Of a stretch of DNA of 64,000 bases, positions 10,973 to 19,379 are shown one piece after another (position 1 is the first letter of the stretch; every line of letters begins with the position of its first letter). The position numbers and the translations under genes were made by a program. Source of the stretch: an uncultured Methylomirabilota bacterium (GTDB taxonomy: Bacteria; Methylomirabilota; Methylomirabilia; Methylomirabilales; 2-02-FULL-66-22); NCBI GenBank assembly GCA_963705305.1, contig OY970067.1:832001-896000 (forward strand). The letters are read 5' to 3'. The notes beneath the pieces are model-generated. The model was not told where the DNA came from. It saw only the letters and a program-made list of their open reading frames with translations, and did no database searches.

Positions 10973-11229
10973 CGTCGCGCGCTGCCATTTCGCCGACACA
11001 CCGGCTGTCCCGAGAGCCATGGGGAACTGAGGTGCTTTTTGCTTCTCCTTACTCAACGCAATACAGCGGACCCCGCGGCCTGTCCCCGCCAATCTGGCCG
11101 TCCACACCATCCTGCGCCTACCGCATTTTCTCGAACCGGCCGCGTGCAGGATGTCGGCCGGCCGGGCCCGCAAACGCCACAGGCCCCGACCGGCGCTCGA
11201 TCGAGGCCTGCGAACTCGCCTGGCTCTGC

Positions 11230-11274
11230 GGTGGGCGAAGGTGGTTTCGAACCACCGACCCACTGCTTGTAAGG
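11230..11274 (-). tRNA. 3' half of tRNA-Val(TAC); attachment-site fragment, not a complete gene
   Basis: Minus strand reads CCTTACAAGCAGTGGGTCGGTGGTTCGAAACCACCTTCGCCCACC (anticodon loop, T-arm GTTCGA, acceptor 3' strand); no D-arm or 5' half upstream. Confidence 0.85.
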
Positions 11275-11391
11275 TAAAGCCAGAGCTTTCAGTCTCTTAC
11301 CGGATATTCCAGAATACTCAATGTTGTCAGGGAATTATGCGTTTACCCTTTCAGCCTGCTCAACCCCAATTTGGCCTGTTTTGGGCGCTCG

Positions 11392-11413
11392 TGTTTGCCA
11401 GATGTTTGCCAGA
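11392..11413 (+). repeat. Tandem 11-bp repeat TGTTTGCCAGA x2, possible integrase arm-type binding sites
   Basis: Perfect tandem copies about 120 bp inside the tRNA fragment. Confidence 0.55.
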
Positions 11414-11443
11414 AATTTCGCCTGAGATGGGCGCACGCTCCTA

Positions 11444-11504
11444 TTCGAACGCTCAGCGTGAGCCGCGCCGTTTCTCAGGCATCGGCTCCACGCGTTCGTT
11501 CGGC
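11444..11504 (-). other. attC site (distal end of array)
   Basis: + strand TTCGAAC...GCGTGAGCCG...CGGCTCCACGC...GTTCGGC, 61 bp. Confidence 0.8.
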
Positions 11505-11610
11505 CCGTGTCAGTCATTGCACCTGTCCAAACGCCCTCTGCGAATCTCTATTTTGCTCGGCCTTTTCCTGTTCTTTAGACCGACCAGATGTGAGATTAGC
11601 CAATTCGTGG

Positions 11611-12624
11611 TTACGTCTTCAAGTGTGCAAAGTGCCTCTTCATTGTGCGCCGCGACGTCATTTCGAGAAACGCGGTTACATTGCTGAACTCCGGCCCGAC
11701 AGGCTCGGTGGCTTTGCCATCCGGAGTAACCAACCAGTACCAGTAATAGGTCCCGCCTCCCCAGAAGTAGCGGTGTTGCTGAACGACCAAATACCCCTCA
11801 AACTCGCCTGAGGCGACGACGTTCAGGGTAATCCCGGGACAAGTGAAGCTGACTTGACCCGTTCGAAAATCCAACCGGTGAATGGCGCCTGATGTAGCCC
11901 ACGCCTCGCTGAGGAAGAACAGGCTCACTCCGTCTGGTGAGAATTGAGGAGTCTGTAATCCCGCCAGGACCTTTTGCGGGTCTGAGTGTGCGGTACTTTG
12001 CACGAGACAGCGAGCGTTTCGCCCATCCACATCAACAATCCAGATGTCGTTCGCAACAGCCGCTCCGGCTCCCACATCTATCTTCGGACGCGCGCTGAAT
12101 AGCAAAAAGGCGACCTTCGTTCGGTCGGGAGAAAACGTAGGATGTGCGATCCGTCCATCAACCGAGATCTCGGTGCGGGCGTTGTCGACATTGGTCACGA
12201 AGAGACGTCCGTTTACCTCCGAAACCTCGGTTGCTCTTGGCAATTCCTTCTCGATAGGACGATTAACCTGATTCTCGTCGCATCTGGCGGATACAACGGG
12301 GAACGATACGTCCGTCGCGATCAGATCGGGGAGGGGGACGAGCTTCTGCATCTGTACAACCAAGGACCGCTTCCAGTATCGTACTTCCTCCGGCGTGAAT
12401 CCCTTCGATTGGCTCGTCGTGGAGTCGTACTCATCGTGATGCCGGAGGCACAACACAACAAGGTTGTCGTATCGGCTGTCATTTCGGTCTCTCGAAATAT
12501 GGGCAATCTGTACCTTCTTCGGACCATGGTCGCCGTCAAGAGAGAAGCACAGACAACAACGGCGTCGGCTTTCCACAAGAAGCCGTGTCTCAACATCCTT
12601 GTGAATGGATACTCGCTTCCGCAT
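11611..12624 (-). CDS. Cassette protein: N-terminal HNH-like domain fused to TolB/PD40-like beta-propeller repeats
   Basis: RRRCCLC...AHI...DNLVVLCLRHHDEYD, then PTFSPDRTKVAF, IWIVDVDG, PQFSPDGVSLFF. Confidence 0.7.
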   Translation of the reverse strand: MRKRVSIHKDVETRLLVESRRRCCLCFSLDGDHGPKKVQIAHISRDRNDSRYDNLVVLCLRHHDEYDSTTSQSKGFTPEEVRYWKRSLVVQMQKLVPLPDLIATDVSFPVVSARCDENQVNRPIEKELPRATEVSEVNGRLFVTNVDNARTEISVDGRIAHPTFSPDRTKVAFLLFSARPKIDVGAGAAVANDIWIVDVDGRNARCLVQSTAHSDPQKVLAGLQTPQFSPDGVSLFFLSEAWATSGAIHRLDFRTGQVSFTCPGITLNVVASGEFEGYLVVQQHRYFWGGGTYYWYWLVTPDGKATEPVGPEFSNVTAFLEMTSRRTMKRHFAHLKT

Positions 12625-12873
12625 GCCGTTGTTCGTTCACTCAGCCGAGAGCAGCTTTAAGGACTAGCTCAAAGCTGCGGCGTCGTGAGACCGCGTATCC
12701 TCCCATTTGATTTCACCCAGAGCGCCGCGGGTTGAGGGACCCGGGAGAAACGAGACGTTGCCCATATTGAGGATGGGGGAAGCGAGCACGCCGCTTCAGC
12801 TTGCGCTTCAGCAAACTCCCAGATCCCTTGTCGCAGAAGGTCTTCAACCACAGAGGCGCCTCAAGTACTAGCA

Positions 12874-12966
12874 CCCCGCCGTGCCGCTGAGCCGCGGCGG
12901 GGAAACGGAGGCTTCAATCTAGTAAGCACGCGCATACCCGCCGACGGATCGAACGCCTTGTTGGGC
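12874..12966 (-). other. Degenerate attC (R' core lost)
   Basis: GTTGGGC at 12960-12966 and inner GCTGAGCCG..CGGATCGAACGC stem, but the expected CCCAAC at the other end reads CCCGCC. Confidence 0.55.
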
Positions 12967-12988
12967 AGCACCACCAAGTCCACGTCGC

Positions 12989-13510
12989 TCACTTCAAGAA
13001 CCTGACGAGATTGCCGAGCTGCCTGGTCCATTGTGCGAACGGGCTCTTTGGGTTCCTATCCGCAAACTCCCGGAACAAAGCAGCCGCTTCGTCGCGCATG
13101 AAACCGGGAGTCGTTTCAGGCGCCTTGTAGAAGGAAAGCTGCTCGCTCTTCTTCTCCCATTTCTGCACGATTTCCATGACCCCATCACCAGGCGACTCCA
13201 AACCATAGACGAGCCTTCCCAGATTCAGGTTCATGATCAAGCCGAAGCACATCATGCACGGCTCAAGAGTGACGTACACGCAGTGTTCCTGCCGCGCGGC
13301 GCGCTTGAGGTTGCAGATGGATGGGGCCGCAGCGCTTAAAACCCGGAACTCAGCGTGCGCGAGTAGGTTGCGGTCGCCGGCAACGCGATTGTGTGCTTCC
13401 TCTACCACGCGGTCGCCGGAGACCAGTACGGCGGCAATCGGAAGCTCCCCAAGTTCCAGCGCAGTTCGAGCGAGTTCAAGGGCTCGTCGCATGTGACGCT
13501 CGTCACTCAT
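12989..13510 (-). CDS. Cassette: zinc-dependent nucleoside/tRNA deaminase (TadA/CDA superfamily)
   Basis: AHAE and TLEPCMMC motifs. Confidence 0.9.
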   Translation of the reverse strand: MSDERHMRRALELARTALELGELPIAAVLVSGDRVVEEAHNRVAGDRNLLAHAEFRVLSAAAPSICNLKRAARQEHCVYVTLEPCMMCFGLIMNLNLGRLVYGLESPGDGVMEIVQKWEKKSEQLSFYKAPETTPGFMRDEAAALFREFADRNPKSPFAQWTRQLGNLVRFLK

Positions 13511-13539
13511 ATTCCCTCCGAGCTACATTTTGCTGTGCT

Positions 13540-13611
13540 GCCCAACGGGGCGGTGAGCAGCCGCGAGCGAGCGAATGCGAGCCCGCGGGCTGCTCGACTG
13601 CGAAGTTGGGA
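13540..13611 (-). other. attC site
   Basis: GCCCAAC...GAGCAGCCGCG...CGCGGGCTGCTC...GTTGGGA, 72 bp. Confidence 0.88.
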
Positions 13612-13617
13612 CGCGTT

Positions 13618-14220
13618 CTAGATGACAAATTCATACCTGACAGGTGCTGCGAGCTGCTGAGCGGCGCGATTCCAGGCCGCCACGCGGTCGGATTTCGGCC
13701 CCGCTGCAGCGAACTGATCGATCGACGCCTCGAGATCGTCGATGAGGCATACCGTCGAGACCGGCAACCAGAACCTACCGGCCTGGATCGAAGCGGCTGG
13801 TTCAAGGTGGGTCACAGGAATCTCACGACCCTCAACTTGGGTCAGAGCAACTCGCGGTCCCCTGTAACAGAGCCAGCCCAGGGACTCGCCCTTGCTGTTC
13901 GTGATGACCTTCGGATCGAACTCGTGCACGGAACCGCAGCGGTACATTTCGTAGATCTCTCCCGCCCGTTTGGCGTAGCGCCGGTCGATGCGCGACATCA
14001 CGTCGGTGAGGTAGTCGCGCGATCGCTGACCAACCTGTGCCTTGCCGGTGTAGAGGTGTCCCAGATGATCGACGTAGCTCAAGACCTCACGGCTGATCGC
14101 GAAGGGCGCGGCGCCAGTGGTCGCAAGAAGCGGCCGGATGTCGCCGTCCACGGTGCCCTTCAGACCCTGGAGGTATGGGCGTGCGTCCGCCCAAGCGGCG
14201 ATTATCGGAACGTCAGCCAC
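13618..14220 (-). CDS. Cassette: hypothetical protein with RxxxxH (HEPN-like) motif
   Basis: GTG start after GGAGGAGG; YEMYRCGSVHEF. Confidence 0.65.
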   Translation of the reverse strand: MADVPIIAAWADARPYLQGLKGTVDGDIRPLLATTGAAPFAISREVLSYVDHLGHLYTGKAQVGQRSRDYLTDVMSRIDRRYAKRAGEIYEMYRCGSVHEFDPKVITNSKGESLGWLCYRGPRVALTQVEGREIPVTHLEPAASIQAGRFWLPVSTVCLIDDLEASIDQFAAAGPKSDRVAAWNRAAQQLAAPVRYEFVI

Positions 14221-14253
14221 GGCCTCCTCCCAGCCTCTTGAGCCTTGTTGTTG

Positions 14254-14315
14254 GCCCAACTTCCGGTTCAGCCGCCCCCGCTGTTTGCGGGACGGCTGGA
14301 ACCGGTGGGTTAGAC
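14254..14315 (-). other. attC site
   Basis: GCCCAAC...GGTTCAGCCG...CGGCTGGAACC...GTTAGAC, 62 bp. Confidence 0.9.
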
Positions 14316-15038
14316 GCCTCCGTTCGAGCGGATCGCTTTGAGCGCAGAGATCAGTTCTGGTGCTACCTGTCGGACGAAAGCGACCTTGGCGTCGCTCACC
14401 GGCTCACCATGGACAGCAGGGGAAGCCACGGCATTTACCTCCCGCACTACATTGGCGAGGCGAGGATCGAGGAGACCTTCGTTTGCCAGCATACGGGTGA
14501 CGTGAAGGACAGGAATGGGCCGCCTTACCTCCTCTGCTTGGACGCGATCGGCCATGATGCGCCTGAGTTCCTTCTCAATATGATACCTGGCGCTGAAGAG
14601 AAAGGCGACGTCGTCTGAGACTGGAGGAATATCTGCTCTGGGCTGAGGGCGTTCGATGCCGTATTCTCGTAGCACCTCGGTCATCACACCGCGGAGCTGC
14701 CCTTCCAGTGCCGGGAGTTGTGAGTCGGGAGGTGGTGCAGGGGCATGGAATACTGGGTTAATCTGGGTGCGGACATCGACTGAACTGCGGATGTCGCTGC
14801 GGAGGCCAGATACCTCGTCTTTCAACTCCTTTATCTGCTGGTTCAACTTGAGACCGAAGAGATTCACTTCCTTGAACACCGGAGCGAGAAAGAGCGCGAC
14901 GAAAAGAAGGAGGACAACCAGGTCCATAGGAGCTGCCGTCCCGGAAGTAATGGCCGGCAATCTGAGGTAGAGAACCGACCCCGCGCTGGCGAGTAAGACC
15001 GCCCACCAAATCACCTTAAACCAGTTCGGGAAAACCAT
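14310..15038 (-). CDS. Cassette: membrane protein (2 TM, coiled coil, helical C-terminal domain)
   Basis: Two N-terminal hydrophobic helices; stop lies in the attC R'' box; C-terminal SPAVHGEPVS. Confidence 0.75.
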   Translation of the reverse strand: MVFPNWFKVIWWAVLLASAGSVLYLRLPAITSGTAAPMDLVVLLLFVALFLAPVFKEVNLFGLKLNQQIKELKDEVSGLRSDIRSSVDVRTQINPVFHAPAPPPDSQLPALEGQLRGVMTEVLREYGIERPQPRADIPPVSDDVAFLFSARYHIEKELRRIMADRVQAEEVRRPIPVLHVTRMLANEGLLDPRLANVVREVNAVASPAVHGEPVSDAKVAFVRQVAPELISALKAIRSNGGV

Positions 15039-15063
15039 CAGACCAGTCCTTTTGCGTGCAGGC

Positions 15064-15153
15064 GCCTAACGCCACGTTGAGCCGCGCGGGGCACGAATAC
15101 AACAGGAAACCGCGCGCTGCTTCACCGCGTCGGCCTCGAACGCGAAGTTAGGC
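15064..15153 (-). other. attC site
   Basis: GCCTAAC...GTTAGGC, 90 bp imperfect palindrome. Confidence 0.88.
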
Positions 15154-15162
15154 ATTTGCCTC

Positions 15163-15624
15163 TTAGTCGCCACGCTTTACGCGCTCCCATTCTGCCTTAA
15201 GTATCTTCTGGGTTTGTTGGATAACTGGCTCAGTCGCTTCATCCAGAATATTGGACAGGCCACGCTTTGTGTTTATGGCATTTAGTGCCTTTTTGCTCGC
15301 AGTAGACATTAGTGCAAGTAACTCTTGATGGTCCTTCTCGTTTGGATTAAGGAGTAGCTTTACTACTTGCTCCTTTAAAGTGATTTCCCCATGCTTCTCA
15401 ATTGCCTGTTCAACGGTGATTGCATCTGCTGAATACGCAGAGGGAACATGTTTGACCTCCTGTACAAAGCTTGCGATCTCGTTTCGTAAACGATTTATCC
15501 ACTCTTGCCGGTTTGCAGAGACAACCGACGATTTAATCTGTTTTCTTGCTACGTAAAGCGTAACAATTGGGCCAACTAATACTGCTACCAAAACAGTGAC
15601 TGCGCTGATAAGTGCTGTATTCAT
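15163..15624 (-). CDS. Cassette: single-pass membrane hypothetical protein
   Basis: AT-rich ORF between two attC; N-terminal TM; NRQEWINRLR...LLLNP...EWERVK. Confidence 0.75.
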   Translation of the reverse strand: MNTALISAVTVLVAVLVGPIVTLYVARKQIKSSVVSANRQEWINRLRNEIASFVQEVKHVPSAYSADAITVEQAIEKHGEITLKEQVVKLLLNPNEKDHQELLALMSTASKKALNAINTKRGLSNILDEATEPVIQQTQKILKAEWERVKRGD

Positions 15625-15632
15625 ATTCAAAT

Positions 15633-15710
15633 GCCTAACGTTGTGGCTAACCGGCGCGCGAAAGGGGGCGAAGCCGACTGAAGCGCGTCCGGTTGAGCCG
15701 CGTGTCAGGC
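15633..15710 (-). other. attC site (R'' AAC->GAC variant)
   Basis: GCCTAAC...GGCTAACCGG...CCGGTTGAGCC...GTCAGGC, 78 bp. Confidence 0.82.
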
Positions 15711-15738
15711 CCGACCGTGGTAGATGTCGGGCCTGAGC

Positions 15739-16083
15739 TTACTCTTGCCTGACTATATCGACCGAGATCTCCACCGCCGGAATCGTTCCTCTGTTCTCAA
15801 GCCAGTGTGTGGTGTTCCTATCCTCGGGCCAGCCCACTCCCGGCCCATAGTCCGTAGCGACTCCATTTCGATGGTCAGTGATTGTTCCTTGCAGTATGTA
15901 GACGGTGCCTGGTCTGTCTTTATGGTCGTGAATCGGGCCGAAGACGCCTCCAGGCTCGATAGTCACCATACGCATTCGAAGTTGGCGCCCTGCCATGCCC
16001 TCGATCTCAGGGCCAAGGTCAACTGTTGCAAGTAACTTCACCGTAACACCTTTCGTCTCAGGTGCCACCTGTTCGCTGCTCAT
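15739..16083 (-). CDS. Cassette: cupin-domain protein
   Basis: IHDHKDRPGTVYILQG...THWLEN cupin motifs. Confidence 0.85.
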   Translation of the reverse strand: MSSEQVAPETKGVTVKLLATVDLGPEIEGMAGRQLRMRMVTIEPGGVFGPIHDHKDRPGTVYILQGTITDHRNGVATDYGPGVGWPEDRNTTHWLENRGTIPAVEISVDIVRQE

Positions 16084-16109
16084 CGTGCTCTTTTCTCTGT
16101 ACTTCCAGG

Positions 16110-16170
16110 GCCTAACGTTTGAGCTCAGTGGCGGCCCGTCAGGGCCGTCCACTGCAACGAATTGTAAGGC
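16110..16170 (-). other. attC site (R'' AAC->TAC variant)
   Basis: GCCTAAC...CAGTGG.CGGCCC..GGGCCG.CCACTG...GTAAGGC, 61 bp. Confidence 0.8.
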
Positions 16171-16229
16171 AAACCGTTAAGAAGCATGACATATAAATGA
16201 CCACACGCGGGGCCGACAGCGGCGCCCAC

Positions 16230-16787
16230 CTAACCCACCAAAGAGTACACACCACCTGGAAGCTTCGACTGCATCATTTTCCTTCGATTCAACTTGCGCC
16301 CATCCACCACGAAGGTGCCATCACCAATTGCGTGTATGGTTCGCTTCTCTTTTCGTGAACTATCGAAGTACGCAGCGACGCCTTCGAGCACAACGATATT
16401 GTGCTTTTTGACGATATCGATAACTCTGCATTCGATATTTGCCAGGCATTCCTTAATCAGGGGCGACCTGACATGCTTTCCCTTCACAGGAGTTAGTCCA
16501 AACGTTTCACATTTGTCTGTGTCGGCGCCGGAACATGTTCCCACACCAACGACTTGATCAATTAGATCCACCGTGGGAATTGCAATTACGCATTCTTTAG
16601 ATTTCCTGAGTGCGGTGTAGGAATAGTTCCAGGGGCCTGTAGTTATGGCAAATATCGGCGTAAAGTCCACCACCATGGTCCATGATATAGTCATTATGTT
16701 GTTCTTCTCTCCATCATTTGTCGTAATGAAGACAACTGGGCCTGATTCCATCAAAGTGAATGCTTTGCTGATCTGCATCCTTTTCAT
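16230..16787 (-). CDS. Cassette: flavin reductase-like (flavoredoxin family) protein
   Basis: GPVVFITT, NIMTISW, ECVIAIP, CSG..TDK, PLIKECLANIEC, TIHAIGDG. Confidence 0.88.
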   Translation of the reverse strand: MKRMQISKAFTLMESGPVVFITTNDGEKNNIMTISWTMVVDFTPIFAITTGPWNYSYTALRKSKECVIAIPTVDLIDQVVGVGTCSGADTDKCETFGLTPVKGKHVRSPLIKECLANIECRVIDIVKKHNIVVLEGVAAYFDSSRKEKRTIHAIGDGTFVVDGRKLNRRKMMQSKLPGGVYSLVG

Positions 16788-16809
16788 CGCCGCAGCCCTC
16801 ATACTGTTT

Positions 16810-16872
16810 GCCTAACGCCCCGCCTAACCCTTCGGCGCGATAGCGACGAGAGGGTTCAGGCGGTTGTTCGCA
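16810..16872 (-). other. attC site
   Basis: GCCTAAC...GCCTAACCCT...AGGGTTCAGGC...GTTCGCA, 63 bp. Confidence 0.85.
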
Positions 16873-16978
16873 TCCCGCTCGCCATGCGTCCAGCCAAAAG
16901 ATCGAAGGTCCAGCCCGGCTCCCTCTTGCCACAGAAGCCGGCGGCCGCGGACGGCGGGGAACCCTCACGCGCGTCCCG

Positions 16979-17419
16979 CTATTTCCGGCCCGCCGCCGCC
17001 AGGGTCTTGCCCAGCGCCTTGAGTTGCGCCGCCGCGGCCTTGTCGGGCCGGTTCTGCACCAGCACGGGCGCCGCCACCACCTTGAACCTGAATGTGGCGC
17101 AAATGCTCTTCACACTCTCCACCGCCTTCCCGCCGCCCCCGTGCGTGACGAAAATGCCGCATGGCTTGTCCGCCACCTGCCCCTGCGTTGGGTAGAACGA
17201 GCGGTCAAAGAAATCCTTCACGCCGCCCGCCATGTACGAGAAGTAGTCCGGGGTGCCTATCGCAATCGCATCGCAGGCGCGGAGGTCCTTCGGACCCGCT
17301 TGCAGACCTTCCTTGAGAATGGGCTCAGCGCCGCCCGCTTTCGCCCCCTCGGCCACGGCTTCCGCCGCCGCCTTCGTGTTCCCGCTCAAGGAGTGATACA
17401 CAATCAGCACTCTGGCCAC
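16979..17419 (-). CDS. Cassette: flavodoxin / NADPH-dependent FMN reductase family protein
   Basis: IVYHSLSGNT FMN loop, GTPDYFSYMAGGVKDFFDR; GTG start after AGGAGG. Confidence 0.88.
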   Translation of the reverse strand: MARVLIVYHSLSGNTKAAAEAVAEGAKAGGAEPILKEGLQAGPKDLRACDAIAIGTPDYFSYMAGGVKDFFDRSFYPTQGQVADKPCGIFVTHGGGGKAVESVKSICATFRFKVVAAPVLVQNRPDKAAAAQLKALGKTLAAAGRK

Positions 17420-17511
17420 ACTCGCACCCTCCTCTCGGTTTGCCGACACACCGCCCCTCTCCGCTTCGCCCCTCCTCCCTCCGCGTGTCCGCATTCTTCC
17501 TGCGCCTTCTC

Positions 17512-17569
17512 TGCCAACGTTTAGGGTGAGAGGCGCGTCCGCGCGTCCTTCTCAACCCGATGGTTAGAC
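17512..17569 (-). other. attC site
   Basis: TGCCAAC...GGGTGAGAGG...CCTTCTCAACCC...GTTAGAC, 58 bp. Confidence 0.82.
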
Positions 17570-17575
17570 CGTCAC

Positions 17576-18412
17576 TCAAGAAGCAACTGATTCAATCCAC
17601 CTGATCGCCTGATACACAGCGTCGTGCGCCCGTTCCGCGGCCCCCCGATCGACCGCTATTCTTTCCCCGTGCGCTAGGCGATTGCGTATCTCGCGTACAT
17701 ACCTGTCCCATGGCTGGTACACGTCATCGCGCTCGGTCAACCGACGACCAACTGCGAGCTGCAGAAGCTCCTTGCAACGGTCTTCGATTCGCCATATGCG
17801 CCGCAGTAGGTACTCGGACAGTTCGCTGTCGTACCGCTGCCCCAAGCGCTCGGCGAGAAAGCTTTCAATAAAAGTCTCGAAGGATACCGCGTAGTCAAAC
17901 AAGCCGGTTTTGTACAATCCGTTGCTCACTTGCGTGATAGCGCTATAGAAGTGAATATACCAGGTGGGCAGAGCTTCGATGTCGATGAGACCATAGATGA
18001 GCCAATTAACCCTTACGGGTTCAGACGTAAGCGATCGCCCAGGCCACATCGAGGACACCACTGTCATCTGATTGCCTTGCAGGAATACCTCCTTAGCCAC
18101 AATAGGCGAACCCACGGGCGTAAAGTACACTTTGCACGGAAAGTCGATCCGCCGGCTGAACTTCACCTCGGCCGCCGTCCCGGGGAGTAGCGCCAAACTC
18201 CCCCCTTCCGAATAGTTCGAGGCAGCGCCAAGGCGAACAAACTCGTTGCCCGAAAGGATCTGTTGATCGCGGGGCGACTCGACCGCGAACTTATGTTTGC
18301 ACTCGCAGTGCACGAAGACCTCTCCACCCTCCATTGATGACTGGAATCCCTCCTCTCCTGGGCGGCCCCTTCGACCACAAGAGCTACATTGTAGCGGCTC
18401 AATAAACATCAT
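17576..18412 (-). CDS. Cassette: N-terminal Cys-rich (zinc ribbon-like) protein with C-terminal HEPN-like domain
   Basis: CSSC...CECKH at N-terminus; REIRNRLAHG at C-terminus. Confidence 0.72.
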   Translation of the reverse strand: MMFIEPLQCSSCGRRGRPGEEGFQSSMEGGEVFVHCECKHKFAVESPRDQQILSGNEFVRLGAASNYSEGGSLALLPGTAAEVKFSRRIDFPCKVYFTPVGSPIVAKEVFLQGNQMTVVSSMWPGRSLTSEPVRVNWLIYGLIDIEALPTWYIHFYSAITQVSNGLYKTGLFDYAVSFETFIESFLAERLGQRYDSELSEYLLRRIWRIEDRCKELLQLAVGRRLTERDDVYQPWDRYVREIRNRLAHGERIAVDRGAAERAHDAVYQAIRWIESVAS

Positions 18413-18428
18413 GTCTCCGCCTGTTGGC

Positions 18429-18527
18429 GTCTAATGCTGCGCTTCACCCGCGGCCCGCCCGATTGAAACCGCAACCCGACGGAGTCGCGCGTCAGCGCGG
18501 GCCGTCGGGTGCAAGCGTGAGTTAGGT
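18429..18527 (-). other. attC site with mutated R' core (ATTAGAC instead of GTTAGAC)
   Basis: GTCTAAT...GCTTCACCCG...CGGGTGCAAGC...GTTAGGT, 99 bp. Confidence 0.8.
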
Positions 18528-19244
18528 TGCCGTGTGGGCCTCTCGCTCGATCAAAGCCCGAGGGCCCACGAGGGCGAAGACGAATAGCGGCACTATCTTC
18601 CTTCCGCGCGGGGCGGCCAGCTGAGGCCCATCGTAGAAGGCGAGCTCCCACATCGATAGGGCTGGGCTGTCCTTGTTACGCGCGGCCGTGTAGACGAACC
18701 CACCATCCGCGTATCGTCGAATCACGGTGTACTCTAGCCCGCAACTCAGGAGGATGGGCCGAAGACCATCCCTCCCCTCCGGCGGAACCATCCCCACGCG
18801 GACGTCATAGTCTTTGGGGATGAAGGCCCGCCATTCGTGCCAGCTGAGCCCGCGCACAATGAGATCGAAGAGCTCCTCGAACTCCTCGCCGTGACCTGGA
18901 AACATCCCGCTAGGCAGGAGCAAACCGCTCGGCATCTCCCGCCAGATTGGTCGCATGCTATCGAACACGCTTCGGCGAAGGGCCGCATTCTTCGCAAGGC
19001 GGTTGGTCAGGGCCCGGGAGCTGATCTCCACCGCTACTGGATGGTCTGATGCCAGCGGGAGCAGCGCTGTGAACACCGTCTCGAGCCGACCCTTGCGGGA
19101 GTTGCAGGCATCGCACGCCGGGACCTGCGGGAGGTTTGCCCGCCGGCGCTCGGCGAAGAACTCACGGGCGATCACGTGATCCCGTCCAGTCGCGAGCGCC
19201 TCGACGCAGTACACGCAGATTTTACCCTTGTACTTCTTACTCAC
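18522..19244 (-). CDS. Cassette: HNH endonuclease-domain protein
   Basis: CVYC...DHVI...VPACDACNSRKG. Confidence 0.82.
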   Translation of the reverse strand: MSKKYKGKICVYCVEALATGRDHVIAREFFAERRRANLPQVPACDACNSRKGRLETVFTALLPLASDHPVAVEISSRALTNRLAKNAALRRSVFDSMRPIWREMPSGLLLPSGMFPGHGEEFEELFDLIVRGLSWHEWRAFIPKDYDVRVGMVPPEGRDGLRPILLSCGLEYTVIRRYADGGFVYTAARNKDSPALSMWELAFYDGPQLAAPRGRKIVPLFVFALVGPRALIEREAHTAT

Positions 19245-19268
19245 ATGGTGCCCTCGGTGCGATGTACA

Positions 19269-19379
19269 ACCTAACGTCGCGGCGCTCTGCTGCGGCGTTC
19301 GCTAATAACGGCGGCAGGCGGCCGCAGGCCGCCAGCCGCTTCCGCACCCAACGCCATCAGCAGCAGCGCCTCGTTAGAC
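19269..19379 (-). other. attC site
   Basis: ACCTAAC...GCGCTCTGCTG...CAGCAGCAGCGC...GTTAGAC, 111 bp. Confidence 0.85.

Noticed and set aside
12640..12873. Possible extra small cassette or attC (GCAGCTTT...AAAGCTGC hairpin, 60-aa ORF)
   Set aside because: No RYYYAAC/GTTRRRY pair and no convincing protein; left unassigned
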